Part shown: positions 51,985 through 64,000 of the stretch, piece after piece | Layout of the letters: every line of letters begins with the position of its first letter | Position numbering within the stretch: position 1 is the first letter of the stretch | Source: Octopus vulgaris | Lineage: Eukaryota | Assembly: GCA_951406725.2 (NCBI GenBank) | Contig: OX597818.1 | Coordinates: 138,446,001-138,510,000, forward strand | Direction: 5' to 3' | DNA: 64,000 nucleotides | The notes under the pieces: model-generated | Databases searched by the model: none | What the model was told of the DNA's origin: nothing | Seen by the model: the letters and a program-made list of their open reading frames with translations, nothing else | Program-made: the position numbers and the translations under genes

Positions 51985-52220
51985 GATTAGTAGCAGCAGT
52001 AACAACATCAACATGAACAATGATAGAATTACCATGTTAAAGGATCAAATTTCTTGGCAGAATTCTTTGAATATTGACCAAAATGCCTTGCAGTATTTCG
52101 TTACAACACTTTACGTACTGAATTCAAACCCTTCTGAAGTCAATTTTTCTCTTTTATCCTTCTGTTGCTGACAAGATAAATACCTGTCAAGTACCCAGGT
52201 TAATATGAATCCTCTAGTTA

Positions 52221-52440
52221 AGGCAGAGTGAGTTGGCAGAATTGTTAGCACCGACAGGTACAATCATTAGCAGCATTTCATCCATCTTCGTGTTCTGAGT
52301 TCAAATTCTGCCAAAGTTGACTTTCTTTGCCTTTCATCCTTTCGGGGTCAAGAAATTGAATAGCAGTGAAACACTGGGGTTGATGTAATTGACTAGGCCC
52401 CTCCCACAAAATATCAGGTCTTGTGCTTTTAGTAGAAAGG

Positions 52441-52441
<1 letters not shown>
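52221..52441 (+). mobile_element. SINE family C, tail-2 type, followed by (ATT)n
   Basis: GAGTTGGCAGAATTGTTAGC head, GAGTTCAAATTC B box, tail GGTCTTGTGCTTTTAGTAGAAAGG. Confidence 0.8.
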
Positions 52442-52508
<67 letters not shown>

Positions 52509-53297
52509 GATTGCTGTTGTTGTTAAGGTGGTGAGCTGGCAGAATAATTAGAACATGGGGCAAAATGATCAGTGGCATTTCGTCTGTCTTTACGTTCTGA
52601 GCTCAAATTCCACTAAGGTCACCTTCAAGAATTTTAACTGAATGAATCGACCCCAGTACTTATTTTTTAAGTCTAGTACCTATTCTATCAGTCTCTTTTG
52701 CTGAACTTCTAAGTTACAGGAATGTAAACACACCAACAACGGTTGTCAATCAATGGTGGTGGGTAGGATGAGGGTGGGGGTGTGAGACAAACACAGTGGA
52801 ACTAAGAATCTTTGCTTTACCATTAACTGATACCGACTGAGGTATTGAGATGAAGGTCAAGTTAAAAAAGTACTATCCCTAATTGTTAAGGTTTGGCAGG
52901 GTAGTCCAAGGTAAAGGTTATCAACAGACATTCTGCATAAATGTATGATGGTCACTCAATATGCATGAGATACTCATTAACATGTGTGGTGGGAAGAGAA
53001 ACGTGCTATAGAGTTCCTATGAGAATGACTTACTCATGGGCAATTCTTCAAAAAAAAAAAAAACTCGGCTGTAAAGCGCAACTGGAAAACTCCTGCTGTC
53101 TTCAACATTGCAAACAAAAGAGGATAAAATGATGTAAAAGAAAAAAAATAAACACTGCTACATGCTGCTATGAGGATCTGTGGGATCTCACTGCTCATAT
53201 AATCCAGACACACCATAGTTTCATGATTAGATCTACGTAAAAGTATGATTAGCAGAGCACTGGTTCACAAACATCATTCAGCGATATGGTAAATGCT

Positions 53298-53319
53298 ATA
53301 CATACATACATACATACAT

Positions 53320-53368
<49 letters not shown>

Positions 53369-53375
53369 CATACAT

Positions 53376-53406
<31 letters not shown>

Positions 53407-53470
53407 CACACATACACACATACATCATACATACATATATATATACATATATATATATACACACACATAT

Positions 53471-53509
<39 letters not shown>

Positions 53510-53870
53510 TATATATATATATTGTCTCTAATTTAATATAATATACATATATATATATACATACATAAATATAGATGTACATACATGGATATTTATGCAT
53601 ATATATATATATATATATATTTATGTATATATTTACATATATGTATATACATGTATGTATATATGTATGATGTATATGTGTAAGTGTGTGTTTGTGTGTG
53701 TGCATGCATGTGTATATATATATATATATACATATACATACACACACTACACTCACACACATATACATACACACATGCATACATGTCTATATGTGTATCG
53801 AGTATACAAACACATATTCATATATGCACACACACACACACACACAAACAAACACACACACACACACCCT
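53298..53870. repeat. TA/CA/TACA compound microsatellite
   Basis: Direct inspection. Confidence 0.9.
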
Positions 53871-54502
53871 CCCTCCCTCTCTCCCTCTCTCTTTCTATCT
53901 GTCTCTCTCACTCTCTCTCTCTCTCTCTCTCTTTCTCTTGCTCTCTGTAAATATGCTAATGAAAACTAAAGTTAGCTCAAATGATGGATGTCCAAAATAC
54001 AACATGGAAAGAAGCCTCATAACAACAACAACAACAACAACCACAACAACAACAACCACCACCACCACAACCACAACCACAACAACAACAATAACAATAC
54101 TAATAATTACAGTCCTGTTTTGTGTTGCTTTGGAAAATAATCTGGCTTCCTTAAAAGAAGTGTGATAATGGATAACATTTTGAAGTTGCCTCTAAGCAAC
54201 ACAACCGCGTCTTTTTGATTCTTGCTAAATCATGAAAAAAAAACCTATTGTTATACTTACTTCTTTCAGTAAGGTGTAATAGAGGCTCAGCACACGCATG
54301 TTTGTAGATACATGCGTTTGTGCGAGTATATATATATATATGCATGAATGTAGTGATGTATATAAAAGTGTATGTAATATGTTCTGCTTATTTAGTCACA
54401 CACCACACGCAAGTCATAAATACTTGGTTGTGTTAATATGCTTACTACATGTCTTCAAGTGGCCATGTATATGTATACAAAAAAATTTATATAAGCAGCA
54501 CC

Positions 54503-54516
54503 TATATATATATATG

Positions 54517-54575
<59 letters not shown>

Positions 54576-55033
54576 ATATGTATGTATGTATATATGTATG
54601 TATGTATATATGAATATATGTATATATATATGTATGTATGTATATATATATGTATGTATGTATGTATGTATATATGTATATATGTATATATATATGTATA
54701 TGTATATATGTATGTATATATGAATATATGTATATATATATATGTATATGTAAATATATATGTATGTATGTATATATGTATATATGTATATATATATGTA
54801 TATGTATATATGTATGTATGTATGTATGTTTGTATGTATGTATGTATATATGTATATGTATATATGTATGTATGTATGTATATATGTATATATGTATGTA
54901 TGTATGTATGTGTGTATGTATGTATGTATATGATGATATATATAAATATAGTGTGTTTATATCTCACTCCTCTCTCACTCGTTCTCTCTATACATACATA
55001 TATATATTGATACATAAACATATATATATATGT

Positions 55034-55125
<92 letters not shown>

Positions 55126-55128
55126 GTG
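54503..55128. repeat. TA/TATG/TG compound microsatellite
   Basis: Direct inspection. Confidence 0.9.
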
Positions 55129-55695
55129 TAGGTATACAGTGAGACAGAATGAAAACTTTCTGAATCTATATATTTTTTCTCCTCACCATTTCTTTCAGAA
55201 TTTTTTTCTTTTAAATCCAATAAAGCTTCTAAGACGATATATATATATATATATACTGACATGTGTGTGTGTGTGCATGTGTGTATGTGTGTGTGTGCAT
55301 GTATGTATGCACGTGTGTGTACATGTGTGTGTTTGTATGTATGTCTGTATGAACATGTGTGAGTGTGTGCATGTATGTATATATATATATATATATATAT
55401 GGTGGACAGGGTGTATGTACATATGTGCTTATATGTCTGCATATATATATATATATATATACACATCCATATAAACTGACATCAGATACAAATACATACT
55501 AGCATACTAGCATTTATATACACATCATATTATATATATTTTGGTTAGAGCAAGAAAATGAATAATACATTAACAAATGGATATATGTATATGAAGACGG
55601 ATGGATTGATGGATGGATCATGCATATGTAGGCTGTAATATACTTATAATAAGAATGCACATTTATAAACTGACAGGTGTGGTTGAGTGTGTATG

Positions 55696-55729
<34 letters not shown>

Positions 55730-55829
55730 GATGGAGAGTGTGTGTGTGTGCATTTGCTTATCTGTATATCTTAGTTACTCAACAGATTTTCGAACTAAAA
55801 GACCTTTTTCTGTTCATCTCATTCACCCT

Positions 55830-56220
55830 CATACACACACACACACACTCGCACACACTCACACACACACGCTCACACACACGCTCACACACACAGACAC
55901 ACACACACATACACACATATACATTCATATGCACACACACACACACACTTGCACACAGACACACACACATACACACATATACATTCATATGCACACACAC
56001 ACATTCACACACACACTCACACACACGCTCACACACACACTCGCACACAGACACACACACATACACACATATACATTCATATGCACACACACACACACAC
56101 ACAAACACACACATTCACACACACACACACACGCTCACACTCACACACACACTCGCACACAGACATACACACATACACACATATACATTCATATGCACAC
56201 ACACACACACACACACATGC
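55830..56220. repeat. CA-rich minisatellite with four CACAGACA..TACACACATATACATTCATATGCAC units
   Basis: Direct inspection. Confidence 0.85.
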
Positions 56221-56537
56221 ACGTGGCAGACGTCATCTGTTAATGAACGGATGTAAATAGCATAGAGAAATAACTCAGGAGGGACTAGAGACGCATATTT
56301 TGAACATAGAATACAAGTATATCAAATACTGTACAACAAAATTTCTTGAGTTATGTAAACTACTTTCACCTCTAGAGAATGTATCATAATTACCAAATGG
56401 CAGTTATGACAGGTCTGCATGAGAAAGGGAGACAATCTCAAGATTCAAGTATTCTCCCAAACTGGCAGGTCATTTAAGCAAAAGGATTGGCTTGTTTCTG
56501 GAGATGATAATCTACATATTATATATAATCATCATTT

Positions 56538-56910
56538 GTGGAGGCGCAATGGCCCAGTGGTTAGGGCAGCGGACTCGCGGTCGTAGGATCATGGTTTCGA
56601 TTCCCAGACCGGGCGTTGTGAGTGTTTATTGAGCGAAAACACCTAAAAGCTCCACGAGGCTCCGGTGAACCTTGCTGTACTCTTTCACCACAACTTTCTC
56701 TCACTCTTACTTCCTGTTTCCGTTGTACCTTGTATTTCAAAGGGCCGGCCTTGTCACTCTCTGTGTCACGCTGAATATCCCCGAGAATTACGTTAAGGGT
56801 ACACGTATCTGTGGAGTGCTCAGCCACTTACATGTTAATTTCACGAGCAGGCTGTTCCGTTGATCGGATCAACCGGAACCCTCGTCGTCGTAACCGACGG
56901 AGTGCTTCCA
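56538..56910 (+). mobile_element. Full SINE family B
   Basis: Near-identical to 1143-1519 apart from a small internal deletion. Confidence 0.93.
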
Positions 56911-57242
56911 ACCAAAATCATTATCATCATCATCATCATCATCTTTTAATGTCCGTTGTCCATGCTGGCATGGATTGGATGGTTTGACTGGGCTGGCATG
57001 TTGGAAGGCAGCACCAGACTCCAGTCTGATTTTGGCATAGCTTTCTATTGCTTGATGCCCTTCCTAATGCCAACCACTCCGAGAGTGTAATGGGTGCTTT
57101 TATATGCTGGCGGCATGGGTGCCATTCGCGTGACACCAAGATGTGTTTACGTGTCACTGGCACAGGTGCCAATTTGCGTGACACCAGTATCAGCCATGAC
57201 TACGATGTTGCTCAATCTTGGTGGGTCTTCTTCTTAAGCATG

Positions 57243-57323
<81 letters not shown>

Positions 57324-57651
57324 TACATATATATATAATCCAGTAACAGGCACCAATATTTACGTGAATATGCATCTATTTCATACATATATATGTGTAT
57401 GTGTATACATACGTGAGTGTGTGTGTATGTGTGTGTGTGTGTGTATGTACGTATGCATACATATTTATGCATATACATATATGTATATGCGTTTATACAT
57501 ATCTATATGTAAATATGTATATACATGTGTTTATATATGGGTATGTATGTATATGTATACATATACATATGTATATATATATGTATACATATACATATGT
57601 ATATATATATGTATACATATGCATATTCATATGTATGCATATGTATATACT

Positions 57652-57750
<99 letters not shown>

Positions 57751-58107
57751 TGATGTAAATATACACAATATAACTGTATATAAATACGATGGTGTGTAAA
57801 TACAGCCTGCTTATATCTTTTTTTTTTTAAATTAAATATCTGAAATTTACTTCACAGCTTTTCCCTTCTATCATCAACTACTTTTTTTTATACCATCATT
57901 GTAATTTATTTATCTAATATTCAGTTATTTAATTTTTTATCTTTTATTTTTTTTTTTTTTGGTAAAATAAGTTTATTTGATGTTTATGTATCCTTGAAGG
58001 TATCTTATTTTGGATCAAAAAACATAATCCCACCACCACCACCACCACCACCACCACTACAGCAACCATTAATACCAGCATCAATTTTCTTGACGCCACA
58101 ACCACCT

Positions 58108-58167
<60 letters not shown>

Positions 58168-58312
58168 TTACTGTTGCTACATCCACCACAACCATCACTA
58201 ATTATTATGATAAACCAACAAGACAGCTCTTATGCTGTTGCACACTCTGCTAGAAATAGCAACTAAACTTCTCTGAAATCATACTCTGCAGTCTTAGAGT
58301 ATATATGGCAAG

Positions 58313-58364
<52 letters not shown>

Positions 58365-58401
58365 CCACCACCACCACCACCACCACCATCACCACCATCA
58401 C

Positions 58402-58466
<65 letters not shown>

Positions 58467-58495
58467 CCACCAGCAGCACCACCAACACCACCACC

Positions 58496-58586
<91 letters not shown>

Positions 58587-58615
58587 CCACCTGCAGCAGC
58601 AGCAGCAGCACCACC

Positions 58616-58661
<46 letters not shown>

Positions 58662-58732
58662 CCATCATTGTTATCATTGTCATTGTCATCATCATTGTCG
58701 TTGTCATCATCGTTGTCATCATCATCGTCATC
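58313..58732. repeat. (CAT)n/(CAC)n alternating blocks
   Basis: Direct inspection. Confidence 0.95.
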
Positions 58733-59184
58733 ATTTGATGTCATCCTTCCATACTTGTATGAATTTGATGATTTGATGAGGAGCTGGCAAATCACCATGC
58801 TCCATTATCTGCTTTCGTATGGTTTCTACCCCTGGATATCTTTCTTAATGCCAACCATTTTACAAACAGCACAGGATGCTTTTTACATGGCAACAGCAGC
58901 AGTGAGGTATGTATTAGATGATGTACACTAAGATATTGTGATTGGCTAAAGGACAGGATGGTCATAGCTGGATTGCCTTTGAACATATATCTGTTCAATG
59001 GAAGATGACCTAGGGCTAAAGAGTAACACTAATAACAAGTAAGACCATTACTGGTACAACTAATCCTCTCTTGCTACTACATAGACTATTAACACTGTAC
59101 CACCAATACTACCACAGAATTGGTAAATGGTTTACAAGACAAAAGAAATCCCTTTAAATTCTTTTGTTATATATATATATATAT

Positions 59185-59433
59185 ATCACTTTGATCACTT
59201 GATCACTTTGACCGACCAGTTCGTCAGGCGTCCATTTGACACCGCTGGTCACAGCACGCTGTCCACTCCTCTCTGGATCGCGCCTTTCTCATCCACGTGA
59301 TCCCAATCGTCCTCTTGAAATCGTTACTCCACCGTCGTGGAGGTCTTCCGGGTGGTCTTTTCCGCTCACGTTGGTACCACTCGGCAACTGCGTGCATCAA
59401 CCAATTATCGGTGAGCCGGGCGACATGTCCAGC

Positions 59434-59436
<3 letters not shown>
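59185..59436 (-). mobile_element. RTE-1 LINE 3' end inserted in (TA)n
   Basis: WAGHVARLTDNW...EWYQRERKRPPGRPPRRWSNDF...WMRKARSREEW; (CAAAGTGAT)n tail. Confidence 0.9.
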
Positions 59437-59471
<35 letters not shown>

Positions 59472-59973
59472 CAAGGACTATTCCCCATTTTTTTAGGAGG
59501 GGATAACCACAACAAGACACACACCAGGCATTCTATTCACTTCCCAGCTCATAGAGGTGAGCCCCGTTCTATGCTTGGGTCAAGGTATAGAACACAACCC
59601 CTGATATCAGCAGCAGGGCCTGACAGCATATGCTGGTTTACCTCGCCACATCATGCTGATTTGGTATCCCTTTGAGCAACATCAAATTCACTCAGCCAAC
59701 CACAAAAACTCTCCAAGCTTCCCTATCATTTATGTATTCTTTTGCCTCTTTCACTCCATCACCTCTAACCACCAAAGCTTTCCGCACTCCATCCATCCAC
59801 ACAGACTTGCTAAAATAACACTCAGGATGCTCTATTGCTAGTAAATATAGAAGCAAATGTATTACATAAGATTCATTTCAAGGATTTGATCAGATTTTGC
59901 AATTGAAAAAGGAGAAAACCTTCCAATTATAAATGAAGTGGAAGTGTACAAACCTTATTTTTAATCTTTTAGC

Positions 59974-60376
59974 TTTACTCTCTCTTTTACTCTTTTACTT
60001 GTTTCAGTCATTTGACTGCGGCCATGCTGGAGCACCGCCTTTAATCGAGCAGTTCGATCCCGGGACTTATTCTTTTGTAAGCCCAGTACTTATTCTATCG
60101 GTCTCTTTTGCCGAACCGCTAAGTAACGGGGACATAAACACACCAGCATCGGTTGTCAAGCAATGCTAGGGCGACAAACACAGACACACATACACTCATA
60201 TATATATACATATATACGACGGGCTTCTTTCAGTTTCCATCTACCAAATCCACTCACAGGGCTTTGGTCGGCCCGAGGCTATAGTAGAAGACACTTGCCC
60301 AAGGTGCCACGCAGTGGATCTGAACCCGGAACCATGTGGTTGGTAAACAAGCTACTTACCACACAGCCACTCCTGC
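59974..60376 (-). mobile_element. SINE family A
   Basis: Near-consensus reverse complement. Confidence 0.92.
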
Positions 60377-60904
60377 TTTGTTTCATTTTGAAAAATAAAA
60401 AATTATATTATGGTTTATTATTGTACCCAGCAGCAAAAGTGTTAAGACTGATCCATCTGGTGGTGCACAGTACTTGTGGGGGTGCCATGTAAAAGCACCC
60501 ATGCAGTGCAACATAAAAGTACCTGTGCAGTGCTTCATAAAATTGCCCATGTGGGGGCCACATGAAAGTGCCTGTGTGGTGCCACATAAGAGTATCCCAC
60601 ACACTCAGTAAAGCGGTTGGCATTAGGAAGGGCACCCAACTGTAGAAACCATGCCAAATCAGACTGTTGCCTGGTGCAGACCCCCATCTTGCCAGCTCTG
60701 GTCACACCATCTAACCCATGCCAGAATGGACAACGGACATTAAATGATGACGATGATGATTTTGAATTACATGTGTGTGTGTGTGGGGGGTTGTACATAT
60801 ATGGGGACACCAAAATCTTATAAGTGCTTTGGACGTCTACGAATCCTAGTCCAGCTCTGGATATCTTAACAGAGTTCACTCTGTTGCAAACTTCCAGGTG
60901 GGGT

Positions 60905-61012
60905 TACTACAAAAGATTGCGCACACTTTACCCTTCATGTTTAGGTCTCACTACAAAAGCTCGCACACTTTGCCCTTGATCACTAGGTCTATATAAAACT
61001 TTGCAGACACTA
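60905..61012. repeat. Three degenerate ~42-bp tandem units
   Basis: CTACAAAAG..GCACACTTT.CCCTT..TAGGTCT repeated. Confidence 0.6.
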
Positions 61013-61140
61013 CCATTCTATGAAATATCACAGGTGTTCCTTTATTTTTCAATTCTATCATTCTGTTATTGCTTCTATATTCTTATATTCCTTCATTCAG
61101 TCTCATAATAAGGACAAAAGAAACCTAGGTTTCTTTTCCT

Positions 61141-61142
<2 letters not shown>

Positions 61143-61178
<36 letters not shown>

Positions 61179-61641
61179 CATTGTGTACAGTGCTCAGGTG
61201 CACTACAACTCATCTAAAGTGTATATATAATCAGGTGTAGTTTCGGCGGATTTCGGGAAGCATGAGGGCCTTAAAGGATGCAGTGTCATAGCAGTCAACA
61301 ACTGACGCAGGCAGTTTATTCCATGCTTCAGCAACTCTGAGCGTGAAAAAATGTTTCCGAAAGTCATGGGAGCTGTGTTGTTTTCTGACTTTGTAGGCAT
61401 GTCCACGTGTGTTAGACACATGGAGATCGAAAAGGTGTTCAGTGTTGTTGTTGTTGGTGAGGTGGTTGACAACTTTGTGGGCGTTTACCAAGTCCGTCGC
61501 CAGACGCCGGAGCTTCAGTGAATCCATGCCCAGGGAAACAAGGCGCTCAGAATATGGTAGGTGTCTGATGGAGGGTATGCGTTTGGTTGCACGTCTCTGA
61601 ACAGATTCCAGGAGGTCAATGTTCTGAGCAAGATAGGGGTT
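61143..61641 (-). mobile_element. CR1-clade LINE 3' fragment, second copy
   Basis: Highly similar to 46834-47290; flanked by TTCCTTTAA at 61136-61144 and 61640-61648 (probable TSD). Confidence 0.93.
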
Positions 61642-62039
61642 CCTTTAACAACTTATTTTCCATTGACAATTCTTCATATCTTTTTTGGTAGGGAGGTGTA
61701 TGTCTATGAGGGAAAATCAAGTTTTCTTATTGAGCATCCTGTTGTTGTTATTGTTATCTATTCTTTTTTGTTTGTTTTTCTGTTATATCAGCTTTATTGT
61801 TTTTCCTTCTTTTTTGTGCTTTTTTTTTTCTTTTACACTTTTCTCTTTTATAGTTATTTCTCTCTTAAGTTTTATCCATATTCATTTCTTTCTTCCTTCC
61901 TTTCTATGGTACTGATGATGATGGGGTGGGGTTAAGTGGGGGTGAGGTGTGTGTGTGGGGGGGGGCGGGGGTCACTGATGAGGAAGATATTGATGAGGTG
62001 GCTACTAGAATGATAGTAGTGGTGGTGGTAACATCAAAG

Positions 62040-62051
62040 ATAATAATACTA

Positions 62052-62083
<32 letters not shown>

Positions 62084-62358
62084 ATGGTGGTGGTGGCGGT
62101 GGTAGTTGTTACTATAGTCGTCATCGTTGTTGTGGTGACGAGGGTAGAAGTAATAGTAGTAGCCGCTGCAGTGGCGTTGGCAGCGATGACAGTGGTGGTG
62201 GTGGTGGTGGTGGTGGTGGTGGTGGTGGTTGTTGCTGTTGTTGTTGTGGTGATGGTAGTGGTGGTGGTGGTAGTGGCGGTGGTTGTGGCGGTGGCAGTAG
62301 CAGTGGTGGTTGTCGCCGTCATCGTCGTCGTCATCGTTGTGGTGATGATGGTAGTAGC

Positions 62359-62403
<45 letters not shown>

Positions 62404-62420
62404 CGTAATGATGGTAACAG
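62040..62420. repeat. (GGT)/(AGT) compound trinucleotide repeat
   Basis: Direct inspection. Confidence 0.9.
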
Positions 62421-63045
62421 TAATAACAGACTTCCTACATCTTATCTCAATGTTTATTTTATAGTTTCATTTTATTTTAGTTTCTGTTCACATCCAAGGG
62501 GGCTTTTTTTTTTTTCAAGTTTTTTCTTTAAAATTTGTATTTTTAATAACAGCTATATTTTGTTGTTGTTGTTACTGCTGTGGTTTCATTTGTCTTCTTC
62601 TTAATGTTATCTTTCAATTTATATTTTCTCCCTCATATGCTGGTTCTTGCAAAAATGAACTTACACATAGACCCACCTGAGTGTATGTGTGTTTAAATAT
62701 AGTAGTAGACAGATGCATCTGAACTTAGGCAGTACAATTTTAGTTCATCTATACTAGATATTCCATTTTCAGAGAGGGCACAACTTACACAGCGGGTAGT
62801 CGGTGCTATGGCTTTATGCCGGTAAGAATTAAACAAACAAGAGGAGTGGCTGAAGTAGATGCTAGAATTGCAGGTGCTTGTAGAGAAATGCATCACTTCC
62901 AGCATTTGGTCCTCATAAGAGGAGAAGTGGGCTACCTCTTTTAGCATTTAAAACCAGCCATATCCAGCCAAAATATTCTATGTGCTTGATGTTCAAACTG
63001 GCCAGATCTGACATCTCACCAGGGGCATATATTCCAGTGTGCTAG

Positions 63046-63162
63046 GTGGAGCTTTAGGTGTTTTCGCTCAATAAACACATACAACGCCCGGTCTGGGAAT
63101 CGAAACCGCGATCCTCCGACCGCGAGTCCGCTGCCCTAACCACTGGGCCATTGCACCTCCAC
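63046..63162 (-). mobile_element. SINE family B 5' head fragment, next to a partial MITE F (about 62937-63020)
   Basis: Reverse complement of GTGGAGG.GCAATGGCCCAGTGG...CACCTAAAGCTCCAC. Confidence 0.88.
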
Positions 63163-63426
63163 TTTATTTTTATAGTACCAATCTGGATACTTATTGATCA
63201 GACCTTGTATATATATGGCCATTACATGTAATACAAGCAGTATTGGATTAAAATAGCCATATTTGTATCATACTTAATGTAAATACATCACAACAGGCAA
63301 ATCTATTGCAGTATTTGTTCAGACAAAAAGAAATATCTTAGGGACATGTGTTTAAAACCACAATGTTATTTATCAGACTGAGACAAAAATCATCTCAGCA
63401 GTAATCAGCAAGAATGCCAGATGTAT

Positions 63427-63466
<40 letters not shown>

Positions 63467-63660
63467 GTCTGTGTGTGTTTAATAGTCGCACAGACTCTCC
63501 CACAGAGTAATTGTTTTAGTACCAACACACAATATCTGAAATTGTATCACACGACAAAAATTTGCAACTCTGAAGAAATTATAATCCTTTTTTGTTTAAT
63601 ATGGAATTTTTTTTTTTCACCACAGAACTGGTTTACATTATCTTCCTTGACAGGGATAGC

Positions 63661-63716
<56 letters not shown>

Positions 63717-64000
63717 AGAGAGAGAGAGAGAAAGGAGAGAACTATTTTGGCAATATTTTTTCAGAGGATGTTTGTAAACAAACCATCAGGCAATGTGGAA
63801 AAAGGATGGTAATGGTCATGGTGGTGGTGGTGATGGTGGTGGTCGTGGTCGTGGTGATGGTGGTCTTGGTGGTGGAAATGGTAATAAAGAGAGAGGGTAG
63901 GGGGAACTGAAGAATAAATAAGTAAATAAATAAATAAATATTTGAAAAAAAAAAAGTTTCAAAAGCAATATTTTTTTCCTCCCAAACTCTTGAAATGTAG

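Noticed and set aside
51364-51990. Acidic poly-Asp/Glu ORF of 208 aa
   Set aside because: A retroelement tail followed by (GAT)n and (GAA)n microsatellites
62693-62947. 84-aa non-repetitive minus-strand ORF
   Set aside because: Starts inside a MITE-F end; no recognisable homology or splice signals

Overview
AT-rich, repeat-saturated eukaryotic DNA with no intact host protein-coding gene visible. The SINE sequences and the extreme microsatellite load match what I recognise as octopus (coleoid cephalopod) genomic DNA; I cannot give the species. It is most likely a long intron or intergenic region. Contents: many tRNA-derived SINE copies of several modular families (labelled A, B, C, D, E, H here), 3'-end fragments of CR1/L2, RTE and R4/Dong LINEs, non-autonomous Helitrons, piggyBac-, hAT- and mariner-like MITEs (several nested), fold-back Penelope-like remnants, and micro/minisatellites that generate almost all the listed ORFs. 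The best leads are five. (1) About a dozen minimal type-I hammerhead-ribozyme motifs, including one with a swapped G3-C8 core pair at 37301-37350. (2) Head-to-tail SINE-C multimers that share one junction at four independent loci. (3) A near-consensus recursive-splice (zero-length exon) motif at 16040/16041. (4) A decayed ~34-bp repeat that retains AAAGGTCA nuclear-receptor sites at 29802-30063. (5) A satellite apparently seeded from a LINE fragment. All are readings by eye and need the checks listed.
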